Source of the DNA: Eledone cirrhosa
Taxonomy: Eukaryota
Direction: 5' to 3'
Assembly (NCBI GenBank): GCA_964016885.1
Contig: OZ024741.1
Span: 77,562,001 to 77,626,000, forward strand
DNA length: 64,000 bases
The position numbers were made by a program, and so were the translations under genes. Below, piece by piece: positions 1-12,690 of this stretch. Under the pieces are notes generated by a model, which had not been told where the DNA came from, ran no database searches, and saw only the letters and a program-made list of their open reading frames with translations. The stretch's first letter is position 1; each line of letters begins with the position of its first letter.

Positions 1-1221
1 TTGGAGAAAGCCTTCGACAGAGTCCCCCGCTCCATTATCTGGTGGGCTCTTAGAAAACTAGGCGTTGACGAATGGCTTGTGAGGGTTATACAAGCCATGT
101 ATAAAGAAACAGTCAGCAAGGTTAGAATTAACAACGAATATAGTGAAGAGTTTAGCGTAAAAGTTGGCGTCCATCAGGGCTCTGTTCTCAGCCCCCTACT
201 ATTTATTATTGCCCTTCAGGCTATAACAGAGGAGTTCAAGACAGGCTGCCCATGGGAACTCCTATACGCAGACGACCTGACACTCATAGCGGAATCAATG
301 GCCGAGCTAGAGAAGAAATTCCAAACATGGAAGCACGGCCTAGTGTCAAAAGGACTTAAAATTAACCTGGCTAAGACCAAAGTACTAGTTTGTAGGAAAG
401 AAAACAAGGCGGCGGTCCCTTCTGGGAAATGGTCGTGCTCGGTGTGTAGGAAAGGCGTAGGTAGAAACTCCATTTTATGTCCTAAATGCAAAGTATGGGT
501 GCATAAAAGATGTAGTGGGATCACAGGTAAGCTAACTAAGAACATAGATTTTACATGTGGCCGGTGTTCTGGTGCAATAAGTAGCAGCAAGTGCCCACAA
601 AATACTAGCTCTTTCAATTGCGCAGAGGGTTCTATAGAAATAGTGGACAGCTTCCGTTACCTGGCCGATAAAATCAGCAGTGGGGGAGGGTGCTCTGAAA
701 GTACTGTAGCTAGAGTCAGAACTGGTTGGAAAAAGTTCAGAGAGCTTATACCACTATTAGCTGCTAAATGGTTCTCCCTAAAAATGAAAGGCAGGTTGTA
801 CGATGCCTGCATACGAACAGCAATGCTGCATGGCAGTGAGACCTGGGCATTGTGTGCAGAGGATATACGCAGACTAGAGAGGAACGAAGTTTGCATGCTC
901 CGCTGGATGTGTAACAGTAATATACGTGAACGGCAAAGCATAAACGAACTAAGGAAAAAATTAGAGATAAGAGGGATCAGATGTTGTTTACTCGAGAGAA
1001 GGCTATGTTGGTATGGACACGTGATGCGCATGAAAGTCGATAGCTGTATAACAAAGTGCAGGGCAATAAAGATAGACGGTAGTCACGGAATAGGCAGACC
1101 TAGAAAAACCTGGGACGAGCTGATAAACTCCGACATCACACACTTACACCTCTCCAAGACAATGTCACTGGACCGAGACCTTTGGCGGTACTCAGTAACA
1201 GAGAAGACCCGCCTTACCTAA
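1..1221 (+). CDS. RTE reverse transcriptase C-terminal part with embedded C4HC3 PHD-like finger (5'-partial)
   Basis: Uninterrupted 406-codon frame from the window edge to TAA, containing YADD and CSVC..CPKC..HKRC..CGRC. Confidence 0.85.
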   Translation: MEKAFDRVPRSIIWWALRKLGVDEWLVRVIQAMYKETVSKVRINNEYSEEFSVKVGVHQGSVLSPLLFIIALQAITEEFKTGCPWELLYADDLTLIAESMAELEKKFQTWKHGLVSKGLKINLAKTKVLVCRKENKAAVPSGKWSCSVCRKGVGRNSILCPKCKVWVHKRCSGITGKLTKNIDFTCGRCSGAISSSKCPQNTSSFNCAEGSIEIVDSFRYLADKISSGGGCSESTVARVRTGWKKFRELIPLLAAKWFSLKMKGRLYDACIRTAMLHGSETWALCAEDIRRLERNEVCMLRWMCNSNIRERQSINELRKKLEIRGIRCCLLERRLCWYGHVMRMKVDSCITKCRAIKIDGSHGIGRPRKTWDELINSDITHLHLSKTMSLDRDLWRYSVTEKTRLT

Positions 1222-1612
1222 ATATATAGTAAAACCTACTCCAGCCAGTAGGCATCTCTAACAAAATACACCCCGTCCCACCACCCCCACCCCATCCACA
1301 CCACCCCGTTCTATGTAAAGTTATGTTGGTGCCGCGCCATCCAGGCCGAAACAAATGAGATCGTGTAGGTGTCACGACAAAAAAACACACAGTCCACGCT
1401 GTAATGTGGCCGTGTAGGCAACACGGTAAAAACCTCCCAGACCCACACTGTAAATGTGGTTGGTGTTAGGAAGGGCATCCAACTGTAGAAAACCTGCCAG
1501 ACAGTCCTATGCGAGCAAGACAATCACTCTTGCCTCAAGTGGGACTACCCCCGTCCAAACCCATGCAAGCGTGGAACACGGACGTTAAACGTTGATGATG
1601 ATGATGATGATG
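1..1612 (+). mobile_element. RTE-clade LINE, 3' part (RT ORF, 3' UTR, (GAT)n tail); 5' part lies outside the window
   Basis: ORF has EKAFDRV, GVHQGSVLSPLLF and LLYADD RT motifs, then WYGHVMR and GRPRKTW typical of RTE. (GAT)n tail at ~1592-1612. Near-identical to 42130-43858. Confidence 0.95.
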
Positions 1613-4600
1613 ATTACATATGTAGGACATACTACACTATATATTACATATGTAGGACATACTACACTATATATTACATATGTAGGACATACACTATATG
1701 TTACATACATAGGACCTATTACACTATATATTACATACATAGGACCTATTATACTACATATTATATATGTAGGACCTACTACACTATATATTACATATGT
1801 AGGACATACACTATATATTACATACATAGGACCTATTACACTATATATTACATATGTAGGACATACTACACTATATATTACATATGTAGGACATACTACA
1901 CTATATATTACATACATAGGACCTATTACAACTATATATTACATACATAGGACCTATTACACTATATATTACATACATAGGACCTATTACACTATATATT
2001 ATATATGTAGGACATACTACACTATATATTACATACATAGGACCTATTACACTATATATTATATATGTAGGACATACTACACTATATATTACATACATAG
2101 GACCTATTACACTATATATTACATACATAGGACCTATTACACTATATATTATATATGTAGGACCTATTACACTATATATTACATACATAGGACCTATTAC
2201 AACTATATATTACATACATAGGACCTATTACACTATATATTACATACATAGGCCCTATTACACTATATATTATATATGTAGGACATACTACACTATATAT
2301 TACATACATAGGACCTATTACACTATATATTATATATGTAGGACATACTACACTATATATTACATATGTAGGACATACTTCACTATATCTTATATATGTA
2401 GGACCTATTATACTATATATTATATATGTAGGACATACTACACTATATATTATATATGTAGGACCTATTACACTATATATTACATACATAGGACCTATTA
2501 CACTATATATTACATACATAGGACCTATTACACTATATATTATATATGTAGGACATACTACACTATATATTACATACATAGGATCTATTACATACATAGG
2601 ACCTATTACACTATATATTACATAAATAGGACCTATTACACTATATATTACATACATAGGACCTATTACACTATATATTACATATGTAGGACCTATTACA
2701 CTATATATTACATATGTAGGACCTATTATACTATATATTATATATGTAGGACATACTACACTATATATTATATATGTAGGACATACTACACTATATATTA
2801 CATACATAGGACCTATTACACTATATATTATATATGTAGGACATACTACACTATATATTACATATGTAGGACATACTACACTATATATTATGTATGTAGG
2901 ACCTATTACACTATATATTACATACATAGGACCTATTACACTATATATTACATACATAGGACCTATTACACTATATATTATATACATAGGACCTATTACA
3001 CTATATATTACATATGTAGGACCTATTACACTATATATAACATACATAGGACCTATTACACTATATATTACATATGTAGGACCTATTACACTATATATTA
3101 CATATGTAGGACCTATTATACTATATATTATATATGTAGGACATACTACACTATATATTATATATGTAGGACATACTACACTATATATTATATATGTAGG
3201 ACATACTACACTATATATTATATATGTAGGACATACTACACTATATATTACATACATAGGACCTATTACACTATATATTATATATGTAGGACATACTACA
3301 CTATATATTACATATGTAGGACATACACTATATATTACATACATAGGACCTATTACACTATATATTATATATGTAGGACATACTACACTATATATTACAT
3401 ACATAGGAGCTATTACACTATATATTATATATGTAGGACATACTACACTATATATTACATACATAGGACCTATTACACTATATATTACATACATAGGACC
3501 TATTACACTATATATTACATACATAGGACCTATTATACTATATATTACATACATAGGACCTATTACACTATATATTACATACATAGGACCTATTATACTA
3601 TATATTATATATGTAGGACATACTACACTATATATTATATATGTAGGACATACTACACTATATATTACATATATAGGACCTATTACACTATATATTACAT
3701 ATGTAGGACATACATTATATATTATATATGTAGGACATACTACACTATATATCATATATGTAGGACATACTACACTATATATTACATACATAGGACCTAT
3801 TACACTATATATTACATATGTAGGACATACTACACTATATATTACATACATAGGACCTATTACACTATATATTACATACATAGGACCTATTACACTATAT
3901 ATTATATATGTAGGACCTACTACACTATATATTACATACATAGGACCTATTACACTATATTTTATATATGTAGGACCTATTACACTATATATTACATACA
4001 TAGGACCTATTACACTATATATTACATACATAGGACCTATTATACTATATATTATATATGTAGGACATACTACACTATATATTATATATGTAGGACATAC
4101 TACACTATATATTATATATGTAGGACATACTACACTATATATTATATATGTAGGACATACTACACTATATATTACATATGTAGGACATACTACACTATAT
4201 ATTATATATGTAGGACATACTACACTATATATTACATATGTAGGACATACACTATATATTACATACATAGGACCTATTACACTATATATTATATATGTAG
4301 GACCTATTACACTATATATTATATATGTAGGACCTATTACACTATATATTACATACATAGGACCTATTACACTATATATTACATATGTAGGACCTATTAC
4401 ACTATATATTACATACATAGGACCTATTACAACTATATATTACATACATAGGACCTATTACACTATATATTATATATGTAGGACCTATTACACTATATAT
4501 TACATACATAGGACCTATTACACTATATATTATATATGTAGGACCTATTAAACTATATATTATATATGTAGGACATACTACACTATATATTACATACATA

Positions 4601-4831
4601 GGACCTATTACACTATATATTATATATGTAGGAGCTATTACAATATATATTATATATGTAGGACCTATTACACTATATGTTACATATGTAGGACATACTA
4701 CACTATATATTATACATGTAAGACATACTACACTATATATTATACATGTAGGACATACTACACTATATATTATACATGTAAGACATACTACACTATATAT
4801 TATACATGTAGGACACACTACACTATATATT
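1613..4831. repeat. 30-bp minisatellite, about 107 units
   Basis: Interspersed units TTACATATGTAGGACATACTACACTATATA and TTACATACATAGGACCTATTACACTATATA, with occasional 27- and 31-bp variants. Confidence 0.98.
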
Positions 4832-5078
4832 GCTTTAAACAAATCACAAAAAGAGTTGAACCTAAAGATTAGGTTACAAAACTTTAATTAAAAAAATCAC
4901 TATGTTTATGTAAATCTTGATATTATGCGTGACATACAAGTTATCAAGTGTCTCATGCATCATGAGTGTCACTGGTTGGCCATAATTGCTCTAGATGATC
5001 ACTCAGTTTGCTAAAAATAGCAACCACAAGTATTTCTAATCATATCCTTCCATTGTAAAAATTGAAGAAAGCATTGCA

Positions 5079-5739
5079 AGGAAAAAATTAGAAATAAGAG
5101 GGATCAGATGTTGTTTACTCGAGAGAAGGCTACATTGGTACGGTCACGTGATGCGCATGAAAGACGACAGCTGTATAAAAAAAAGTGCAGGGCAATAAAA
5201 ATAGACGGTAGCCACGGAGTAGGCAGACCCAGAAAAACCTGGGACGACTTGATAAATTCCGACCTCACACATTTACACCTCTCCAAGACAATGTCACTGG
5301 CCCGAGAGCTTTTGCGCTACACAGTAATAGAGAAGACCCGCCTTACCTAAGTACAAAGTGAAACCTACTACAGTCAGTAGGCACCTCTAACAAAATACAC
5401 CCCCCCGTCCCACTACCCCCACTCCATCCACACCACCCTTTTCAATGTAAAGTTATGTTGGTACCACAACATCCAGCCCGAAACAAATGAGGTCGTGTAG
5501 GTGTCATGACAAAAAACACACAGTCCACGCTGTAATGTGGCCGTGTAGGCAACATGGTAAAAACCTCCCAGTTCCACACTGTAAATGTGGTTGGTGTTAG
5601 GAAGGGCATCCAACCGTAGAAAACCCGCCAGACAGTCCTATGCGAGCAAGACAACCACTCTTGCCTCAAGTGGGAAAACCCCCCGTCCAAACCCATGCAA
5701 GGAATATGGACGTTAAACGATGATGATGATGATGATGAT
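5079..5739 (+). mobile_element. 5'-truncated RTE LINE 3' end
   Basis: Matches ~952-1612 (GRPRKTW..EKTRLT*, 3' UTR, (GAT)n). ATTGCA on both sides is a possible TSD. Confidence 0.92.
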
Positions 5740-5855
5740 TGCACAATTTAGTTGTAGATAACCAAAAGATGAAGTGGTCATGGTTGGAAAACCTTTAAGC
5801 ATAAGTCTATTTGATGGTGGTTGACTTGTGACAAAATAACTAACTACATATTCAA

Positions 5856-6379
5856 GTTAAAGGTAGTATAATAAGTAAGGCAATCAAAGATATGAAGACA
5901 GGCAAGGCAGCTGGGCCCTCGGAGATAGTTGCCGAGATGTTGAAGGTATCTGGTATGGTGGGACACACTATAGTCACCCGTATAGTTAACCAAGTAATAC
6001 AGAATGGGGTCATACCGAAAGACTGGCGTAGCAGCATCATCATTAACTGCTACAAGGGTAAAGAGGATGCTCTAGATAGGGGAAACTATAGAGGTATTAA
6101 GTTAGTTGACCAGGTCATAAAGGTCACAGAAAGAGTTATAGCGCAACTAATCAGAGAGCGAATTGATCTAGATGAAATGCAGTTTGGGTTTGTGTCAGGT
6201 AAAAGTACCACACTGTAAATGTGGTTGGTGTTAGGAAGGGCATCCAGCCATAGAAAACCTGCCAGATAGTCCTATATGAGCGAGACATGGTCACTCGACC
6301 AGCCTTGCCTCAAGTGGGATAACTCCCATCTAACCCATGCTAACGTGGAAAACGGACGTTAAACGAAGATGATGATGAT
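5856..6379 (+). mobile_element. Internally deleted RTE: RT N-terminal fragment fused to 3' UTR/tail
   Basis: MKTGKAAGPSEIVAEML..EMQFGFVSGKSTT joins at CCACA (~6208) to the 3' UTR motif CACACTGTAAATGTGGTTGG. GAT tail at ~6368-6379. Confidence 0.85.
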
Positions 6380-6487
6380 ATTAACTGCACTCATGGTTTA
6401 GTGTGATAAACTTAAGGACTGCCTGTAACAATTATGAAAAATGTGTCTATGTAAGTACAGGTATAGCTGTATACTGTGTAAGTATAT

Positions 6488-6625
6488 GGCTTTGTTGTTA
6501 GGGTGTTTAATATGATTGAGAGTTCAATTCCTAGTTGTGCGTTGTGTTTTTGAGCAAGACAATATATCTTAATGTTACTCTAATCCATTCAGGTGGAAAA
6601 TTTGAAAAAAATGAGTTTACCTGTA
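6488..6625 (+). mobile_element. Degraded tRNA-derived CORE-like SINE
   Basis: GAGTTCAATTCC B box followed by GTGTTTTTGAGCAAGACA, homologous to 24468-24610. Confidence 0.5.
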
Positions 6626-7279
6626 ATTCAAAAGACCAGCCTTGTCACACACATCCTATGTCATGCTGAATCTCACTGGGAACTATGTTAAGGGCACTAA
6701 TATCTGTGGGATGCTCAGCCATTGTTGATCAAATAAATTAAACACTTAGCATCAAAACCGATGGATGTCCAACACACATACATGTATGGTTAAGAAGTTC
6801 ACTTTGCAGCTCCAATCCCACTGCCTGGCACCTGCAAAAATTATCCTCCACTATAGCCTCATGCTGACTAATGTCTTGTGAAAGTCCTCCATATGTCTCT
6901 ATGTGTATTTCGTTCTGCATGTGTCTTCACTTTGGCACCATTTTAAAAGAACAATCAGTGCCATTTGTTTACGGCCCACATATTATCAACTCTATTGTGT
7001 TCATATATATTTAGCATCTTAAACTTACGGGCTACCTGAGGTAGATGTGATGTTGGGTGTATTGCTTAATCCTTAATGTGTCTATGGTTCACTTGCAGTC
7101 ATTTAGGTTTAATCTTGTTTGTTTATATATTGTTTATATATTTTCTCTGCTCTGGCATTCATTTAGATTTATTATTCTATCATGAAGAGTTACCTTTGAT
7201 AGCTGAGAAAAGGGTGGGGGTCATTTCTTTATCCTTAATCTGTTCTGCTCTCTTTCTCTCTCTCTTGTAGTCATTTAGG

Positions 7280-8620
7280 TTTAGCATCTTAAAAATGATT
7301 GAAGAGCTTGGCCACCGGGGTCTCCAAGTCAATAGCTCCAAATGTGAGCTCTAGATTCTCAACATCAGACAATAGATTTGTTTGCTGAGTCCTTCCCTTT
7401 CATTGCGCTCTCTCGCTTGTTGGCATGGTTCCCCTTGGGAGCCCCAATTACAGACCTTTTGAGTCAAATTTCCAATCCAAGATGGTTAGCCTTGAGCAAT
7501 TATTGAAGAACATTGAGGCAATTGAGCCCCATCAAAGTTTTTTATACTCAGGAATTACCTATCAATTCCTAAGCTTATATATATGCTCAGGGTTAGCCCA
7601 TCTCACAGATTCTCGTCTTGTCTCCAACTCTTTGATGACCTAATCTTCAAGAGTTTCGAGTGCTTGGTTAATGTCAGATTCTCTCTAGAGCCCCGTAGTC
7701 AGGCTGCATTACCCAAGTGGTTTGGAGGCCTTGGTCTACGTAAATGTTCGTCCATCTCTCTCCCTTGCTTCTTTTTCTCCACCCTGGTGGGAAACATCCT
7801 CTCGTTTCCAACAGGGAGGTGGATGAAGATCTTTGACAATGGAGAGAGCTGGGTTTGTCTGTTCCTGACACAGTAGAGGACAAACGGAGACCAAGAGTTT
7901 AGGACAACATACATTCGAAGGCCACTTTTGACTCTCTTTTCAACCAGTCAAACCAGTTCTCAAGAATCTGCTAACTGTCTGCTAGCATCAAATACTCAGG
8001 TGACTGGGCTGATACCCTACCTGTGGCTAACATCAGAGGCCTACACAGCTGGGACGATCTTCATGTTCCCATTGCCCTCAGAGTGGGTGCCGATGTCTGT
8101 ACGAGTCTGAAATGTCAGTGTGGTAGGCTCCTCAACTCCACAAGCCTTCATGGTCTATCTTGCCGTCTGAATGCTGGTCGCTTTGCGCTTCACACTGAGC
8201 TAAACCTCATCATCAAGAGAGCTTTGGTCCGGGCAAACATCCCCTCAATTTTGGAACCGTCTGGGTTGTCCAGAATTGATGGGAAAAGGCCTAATGGTCT
8301 TACCCTGTCCCCTGGATAAAAGGCAGGTGTCTTATCTGGGACGTCACAATCAGTGACTCTTTTGCTTCTTCCCACATCCTGGATGCTGCGGTTGGGGCAA
8401 GAGCAACAAAATTCTGAAATACCAAGATCTGTCTGTTAACTACATTTTCCAGCCCGTAGTGTTCGATACTTTTGGGGGAGTTGGGCCGCTGACTGTGAGG
8501 TTCTTGTCATCACTGGCGGTTCACCTAACTGAGGTAACCAGTGATGTTTGTGAAGGCGCTTGGGTGTCCCAGCCTACTGGCTTGCCTTAAAAATTATTAG
8601 AGAGGTTTTCCAGTGCTCCT
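7280..8620 (+). mobile_element. Degraded CRE-like non-LTR retrotransposon (RT end, zinc knuckle, restriction-like endonuclease)
   Basis: QAALPKWFGGLGLR; ALRVGADVC..CQCG..HGLSC..GRFALH..EPSGLSRIDGKRPNGLTL..WDVT, with many stops and frameshifts. Confidence 0.8.
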
Positions 8621-9185
8621 CGCGATATTGTTATCTTTTGTTCTGGCAGCAGTTCGTTTGTTCACCCTTTCCTCCTCTGCCTTTTGTTGTATGTGGTCCA
8701 AGATGTGTGTATTACCTGGTTATGTGGGGGTTTCTTTCCTTTTTCCCCTTTTACTTAAGAACTACCTATGATAATTGTGTTAGTGGCGATGATGGTGGTT
8801 GACTGGGCGGTAATAGTTGTGATGGTGGGGAAAGAAGAATCATTCCTTAATTTTTTATGTATTCTTGGCTTTATAATGTTGTAAACTTAATGACTACCTG
8901 CGCAATGTTTTCAATCATTTAGAAGCATTAACTTTTTCTAAGTGTTTATGATTTAGTGTTGTAAAGTTAATCTTTATGTGGTCAAGAAAAACTAAAAGTA
9001 AACAAAAAATCGTTAAGTTTCTTTTCTCTCTTTCCAACCTGTTTTCACCAGACACTCCCTTGGTTTAACGTGAAATTACTGAAATAATTTGTTGTTACAG
9101 AACAATAGAGGGACTTTTGTTTACTTATACTTTTATATCTTGGTCACTGTATATGTATGTGTGCAAGTAAGTATAAGTGTGTGAA

Positions 9186-9305
9186 GGCACGTGACTTAGT
9201 AGTTATGGTGTGTGGCTCACGATCGTAAGTTCGATTCCCAGCTACGCGTTGTGTCCTTGAGCAATCAAGACATTTTATTTCACATTGCTCCAGTCCACCC
9301 AGTTA
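9186..9305 (+). mobile_element. CORE-like tRNA SINE, 5' part
   Basis: GGCACGTGACTTAGTAGTTA A-box-like head, GTTCGATTCC B box, GTGTCCTTGAGCAA..TTTCACATTGCTCCAGTCCAC core. Confidence 0.65.
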
Positions 9306-9639
9306 GGAAACATTGTTACTAGACAAACGATTAATAAGACCATTATTCAATTGATTATACGATACTTTAAAAACAATCAGAATGAAATTTATGTATAGTG
9401 TGCGTGATAAATGTTGTGACTTAGTCTCTAGTCAGTCCTGATCTGTTCCAACCGTGACCTCACCGTCTCTTTTGTAATCTAAAACTACATTGTCTAATAT
9501 GACCTTACTATTTTTAAGAATATAAAATGTGGAGTGGGAGAAATTTGGCTGCTATCTCTAGCAGCTGTAACGGCCGCGTAGAGGCTCCCTATCCTAGTGT
9601 CAGTGACAGAAAGCGACGGGGAAGGGATTGGTATGTTTG

Positions 9640-10420
9640 TGGTGATGTCATGCCTTAGTGTATATGTGACAGAAAGTGAGAGAGATATATAGTATGTGTG
9701 TGTAAGGTAAATACACCTTTATGTATACTTGGGTGTGGGTGTCTCATGTTAGAGAGACGATGTAGGTGTGTATATGAGTTTGTAGTTCTCGTGTCTTTCT
9801 AAGGACAAGTCTCGTATCTTTGTGAGATTGTAGGTGTGTCTATGTCTGAAAATATGAGTTGTGTTTGAGAATGAAATTGTGTGTGCATGTCCAGGTGCGT
9901 ATTTGTAGTTGACTGAGTGTCTTTTGTATGATTGTGTAAGTGAAACCATGTGCGATAGTTTAGTTTATGTGTATTATATTAGTATGTTTGAAGCTGTGTT
10001 TATATGTGTGCGTTTGCTTCATGTTTGTATGTAAATATTTGTTTGAAGGGATATATTTGACTGTGCGTGTGTTTCGATATGATGTCTGAGTTTATATCTG
10101 TGTATATGAGGTTGTTTTTCTCTATAATGACTGTATGTTTGGGAGGGGATTATGAGTTTCTGTCTTAATTGTTTTACTATGTACTATACGAAGGGTTATG
10201 AGCATGTGAGAGAGAGAGATTCTGTAATTGTTTGAGTGTGTATGTATAGCTTCTCTGTAATTGTTTAAGTGTGTATATGAGTATATGAGTTTATGTGCAT
10301 AAGGATATCTGTATATCAAGGAATGAGTTTCTATGTATGCATGTATGTGTATATTTATGTTAGTGTAAGTGATGCAGTGAGCGTATTGTTTATTGTTTGT
10401 GTGCGTATGTGTATAGTAGG
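9640..10420. repeat. Degenerate TG/TA-rich low-complexity tract
   Basis: Strong T+G skew and decayed (TG)n runs. Confidence 0.7.
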
Positions 10421-10675
10421 ACGTGCTGCGCCTTTGCTGAAATATGTGACACATGACTCGGGGAACAACGGAGACTGTCAAAGATTGCCCTCCTCCCCTT
10501 CCTTCTTCACTGTCTTTCATCACGTTGTTGTTGTTTTGTTGTTTTTTCAACCTGAAATCGGACTTTACTATTGCTAATCGACAGACATTATGAGCCTTAT
10601 TTGATATGTCGGACACAAATAGACACCCTAGTACATAGAACTGAATAGAACGGACGACTAGTTAAGCCGAGGTAA

Positions 10676-10716
<41 letters not shown>

Positions 10717-10728
10717 GTAAATTTATGT

Positions 10729-11587
10729 AAAGAACACCCCATTCGATTTCGGTGGAGAAAAACAATTTTTTTTTTTTTTTTTCGTGTGCTATCAACTAAT
10801 CTAACCTCGAAGGACTTTTTTCCAGGAGAACAGGGGAGGGGGTTCCCGTGCCCCACTCTGATAACCCCACCTCCTCGGAGTTTTCCCTATGACTTTTTTT
10901 TTTCGCGTGTTATCAACGAGTAGGACCTCGAAGCCAGTTGAAAACGACTAGATTTGTAGAAAAAGTAGGGTGGTAAAAGGGTGCGAATGTTTCGCAGATC
11001 TACACACCTCTCCCGCTTGGTGGGAAATAATTATCTTTCCTTGGTTTGTTTTTTGTTTTCTGGACCTCTTAGATAAGTCATGGGCAAACTGCGGCCCGTT
11101 TGGCTTTCTGAATGTCACGCCTAATTTAAAAACTGCCTTGAATATTTTAGTAATGCGGCCCGCTATGTAAGAAATACATCCTATTGCGACCCACTGCTCG
11201 ATAAAGGTTGCCCATGCCTGTCTTAGGTGCTTCCGGAAAACGGAAACCCTAACTGTAACCCTAACCCTTATCCTGGAAAAAAAGTCGATTGCAAGCACCT
11301 AAGAGGTCCAGAAAAAAAACAGATGATTATTTCCCACCAAACGCGAGAGGTGTGGGATCTGCGAAACTCCTTCTCTACAAATCTAGTCGTTTCCGACTGG
11401 TTTGTAGGTCATATTTGTTGATAACCCGCGAAAAAAATATCCGTAGGCAAAACTCCGAGGACAGGGGTTATCCGAAGAAAAAAACTTGATAACCGGAATC
11501 TTGGCGGTTAGATTAGTTGATAACACACGAAAAAAAAACACGAGGAAATGTTTTTCTTCTCCCATTGAAACCGTGTTGGGTGTTCTA
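10729..11587. mobile_element. Foldback/MITE-like element with ~300-bp inverted arms and a CCCTAA-containing spacer
   Basis: TTCGTGTGCTATCAACTAATCTAACC vs GGTTAGATTAGTTGATAACACACGAA; AAACGACTAGATTTGTAGA vs TCTACAAATCTAGTCGTTT; TCTGGACCTCTTAG vs CTAAGAGGTCCAGA. Confidence 0.85.
11075..11220. mobile_element. hAT-type MITE nested in the foldback element
   Basis: TIRs AAGTCATGGGCAA / TTGCCCATGCCTG. 8-bp TSD TCTTAGAT (11067-11074) / TCTTAGGT (11221-11228). Internal GCGGCCC motifs. Confidence 0.85.
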
Positions 11588-12404
11588 TAATAATACTATA
11601 TATATGTATTATCTTAGTTGATATTTGTAATAGTTTTCTATTGTTATGAATATTTATTACAATTGTTATTGTTGTTATATATAAAAAAAATTCTCTTCAA
11701 TGATGTCCCTTTTCCTTTACTCGATGTAAATCCCATTGTTTTCATTGTATTGTCCCCAATTTCTATAGAAATTATTGGCGGAGAAAAGTGACAATGTTGT
11801 TGGGGAGACTCTGGGCATTGAAGACAATCAATTAGCCACCCTCTTGCGAAGAACTTTCAGCCCGGGGCCGGCAGATAAGTTCCAGAAATCGTTAGGTTAG
11901 CAGTGCTACCAGGAGGCTTTGCTGGTTTGAAATAAGCTCTATATGCACTGAAGTGCCGTCAACTGAGCCTATATGAGATACACACTGTTCTGCATGCACT
12001 TGTCCTGTGTCCAAGCGTTACTAACTTGTGGAGCTATGTCGAACAGCTGCTCACGCATGTTAGACTGATCCATCATGAAGATAGCGCTGCCATTTTCCTT
12101 TAGTCTGGAAAGGTAGGCAGTTGTGTGGTGGATGCGGTTGAAAGGGTAGAGAGTGAGACCTTGATTAACTTTTTCAAAATCCTGCTGAGGTCAACTTGTC
12201 CTTTCGTATATATATATATATATATATTTTTTTTTTTTCTGTAATTAATAAAATAAACTACTAGTCAAGTACTGAAAGTCGATTTAATCAACTAACTTCT
12301 ATCTCCAAATTTCTGGCTTTGAGTCTATACTAGAAGTTATTGTTGATCATAGAGATATGAAAGTCAAAACTTAAACTCAGCGTAACTTTAAAATGTTTTT
12401 AATT

Positions 12405-12690
12405 TAGGCTCAAGACTTACAACTTGGAGAGAGGGAAAGTCGATTAAATCGACTCCAGTATTTGACTCGTACTTTATTTTGTCGACCCCGGAAGGATGAA
12501 AGGTAAAGTTAACTTCGGTGGGATTTGAACTCAAAAAGTAAAGGGCCGGATCAAATACCGGAAAGCATTTTTCCCTAATGCTCTGAGGTTAACTTTGCCT
12601 TTCATCCTTACGGGGGTCGATAAAATAAAGTACCAGTAATGCATTGATGTAATTGCTGGCCTTGTGCCAAAAATAGAAACAATTATTACG
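12405..12690. mobile_element. Two adjacent SINE fragments in opposite orientation
   Basis: GTCGACCCCGGAAGGATGAAAGGTAAAGTTAAC (minus copy) and GTTAACTTTGCCTTTCATCCTTACGGGGGTCGA (plus copy). Confidence 0.8.

Noticed and set aside
216-1031. Antisense ORFs over RTE and ZNF coding regions (also 19581-23536, 42345-43070)
   Set aside because: Shadow frames of the real ORFs with no recognisable motifs.
1613-4831. CRISPR-like array
   Set aside because: Units are head-to-tail with no unique spacers, there are no cas genes, and the context is eukaryotic.
1585-4842. Long ORFs (up to 748 aa) on both strands
   Set aside because: Products of a 30-bp repeat that is stop-free in some frames. Frames shift at the 31-bp units, and there is no unique coding sequence or gene context.
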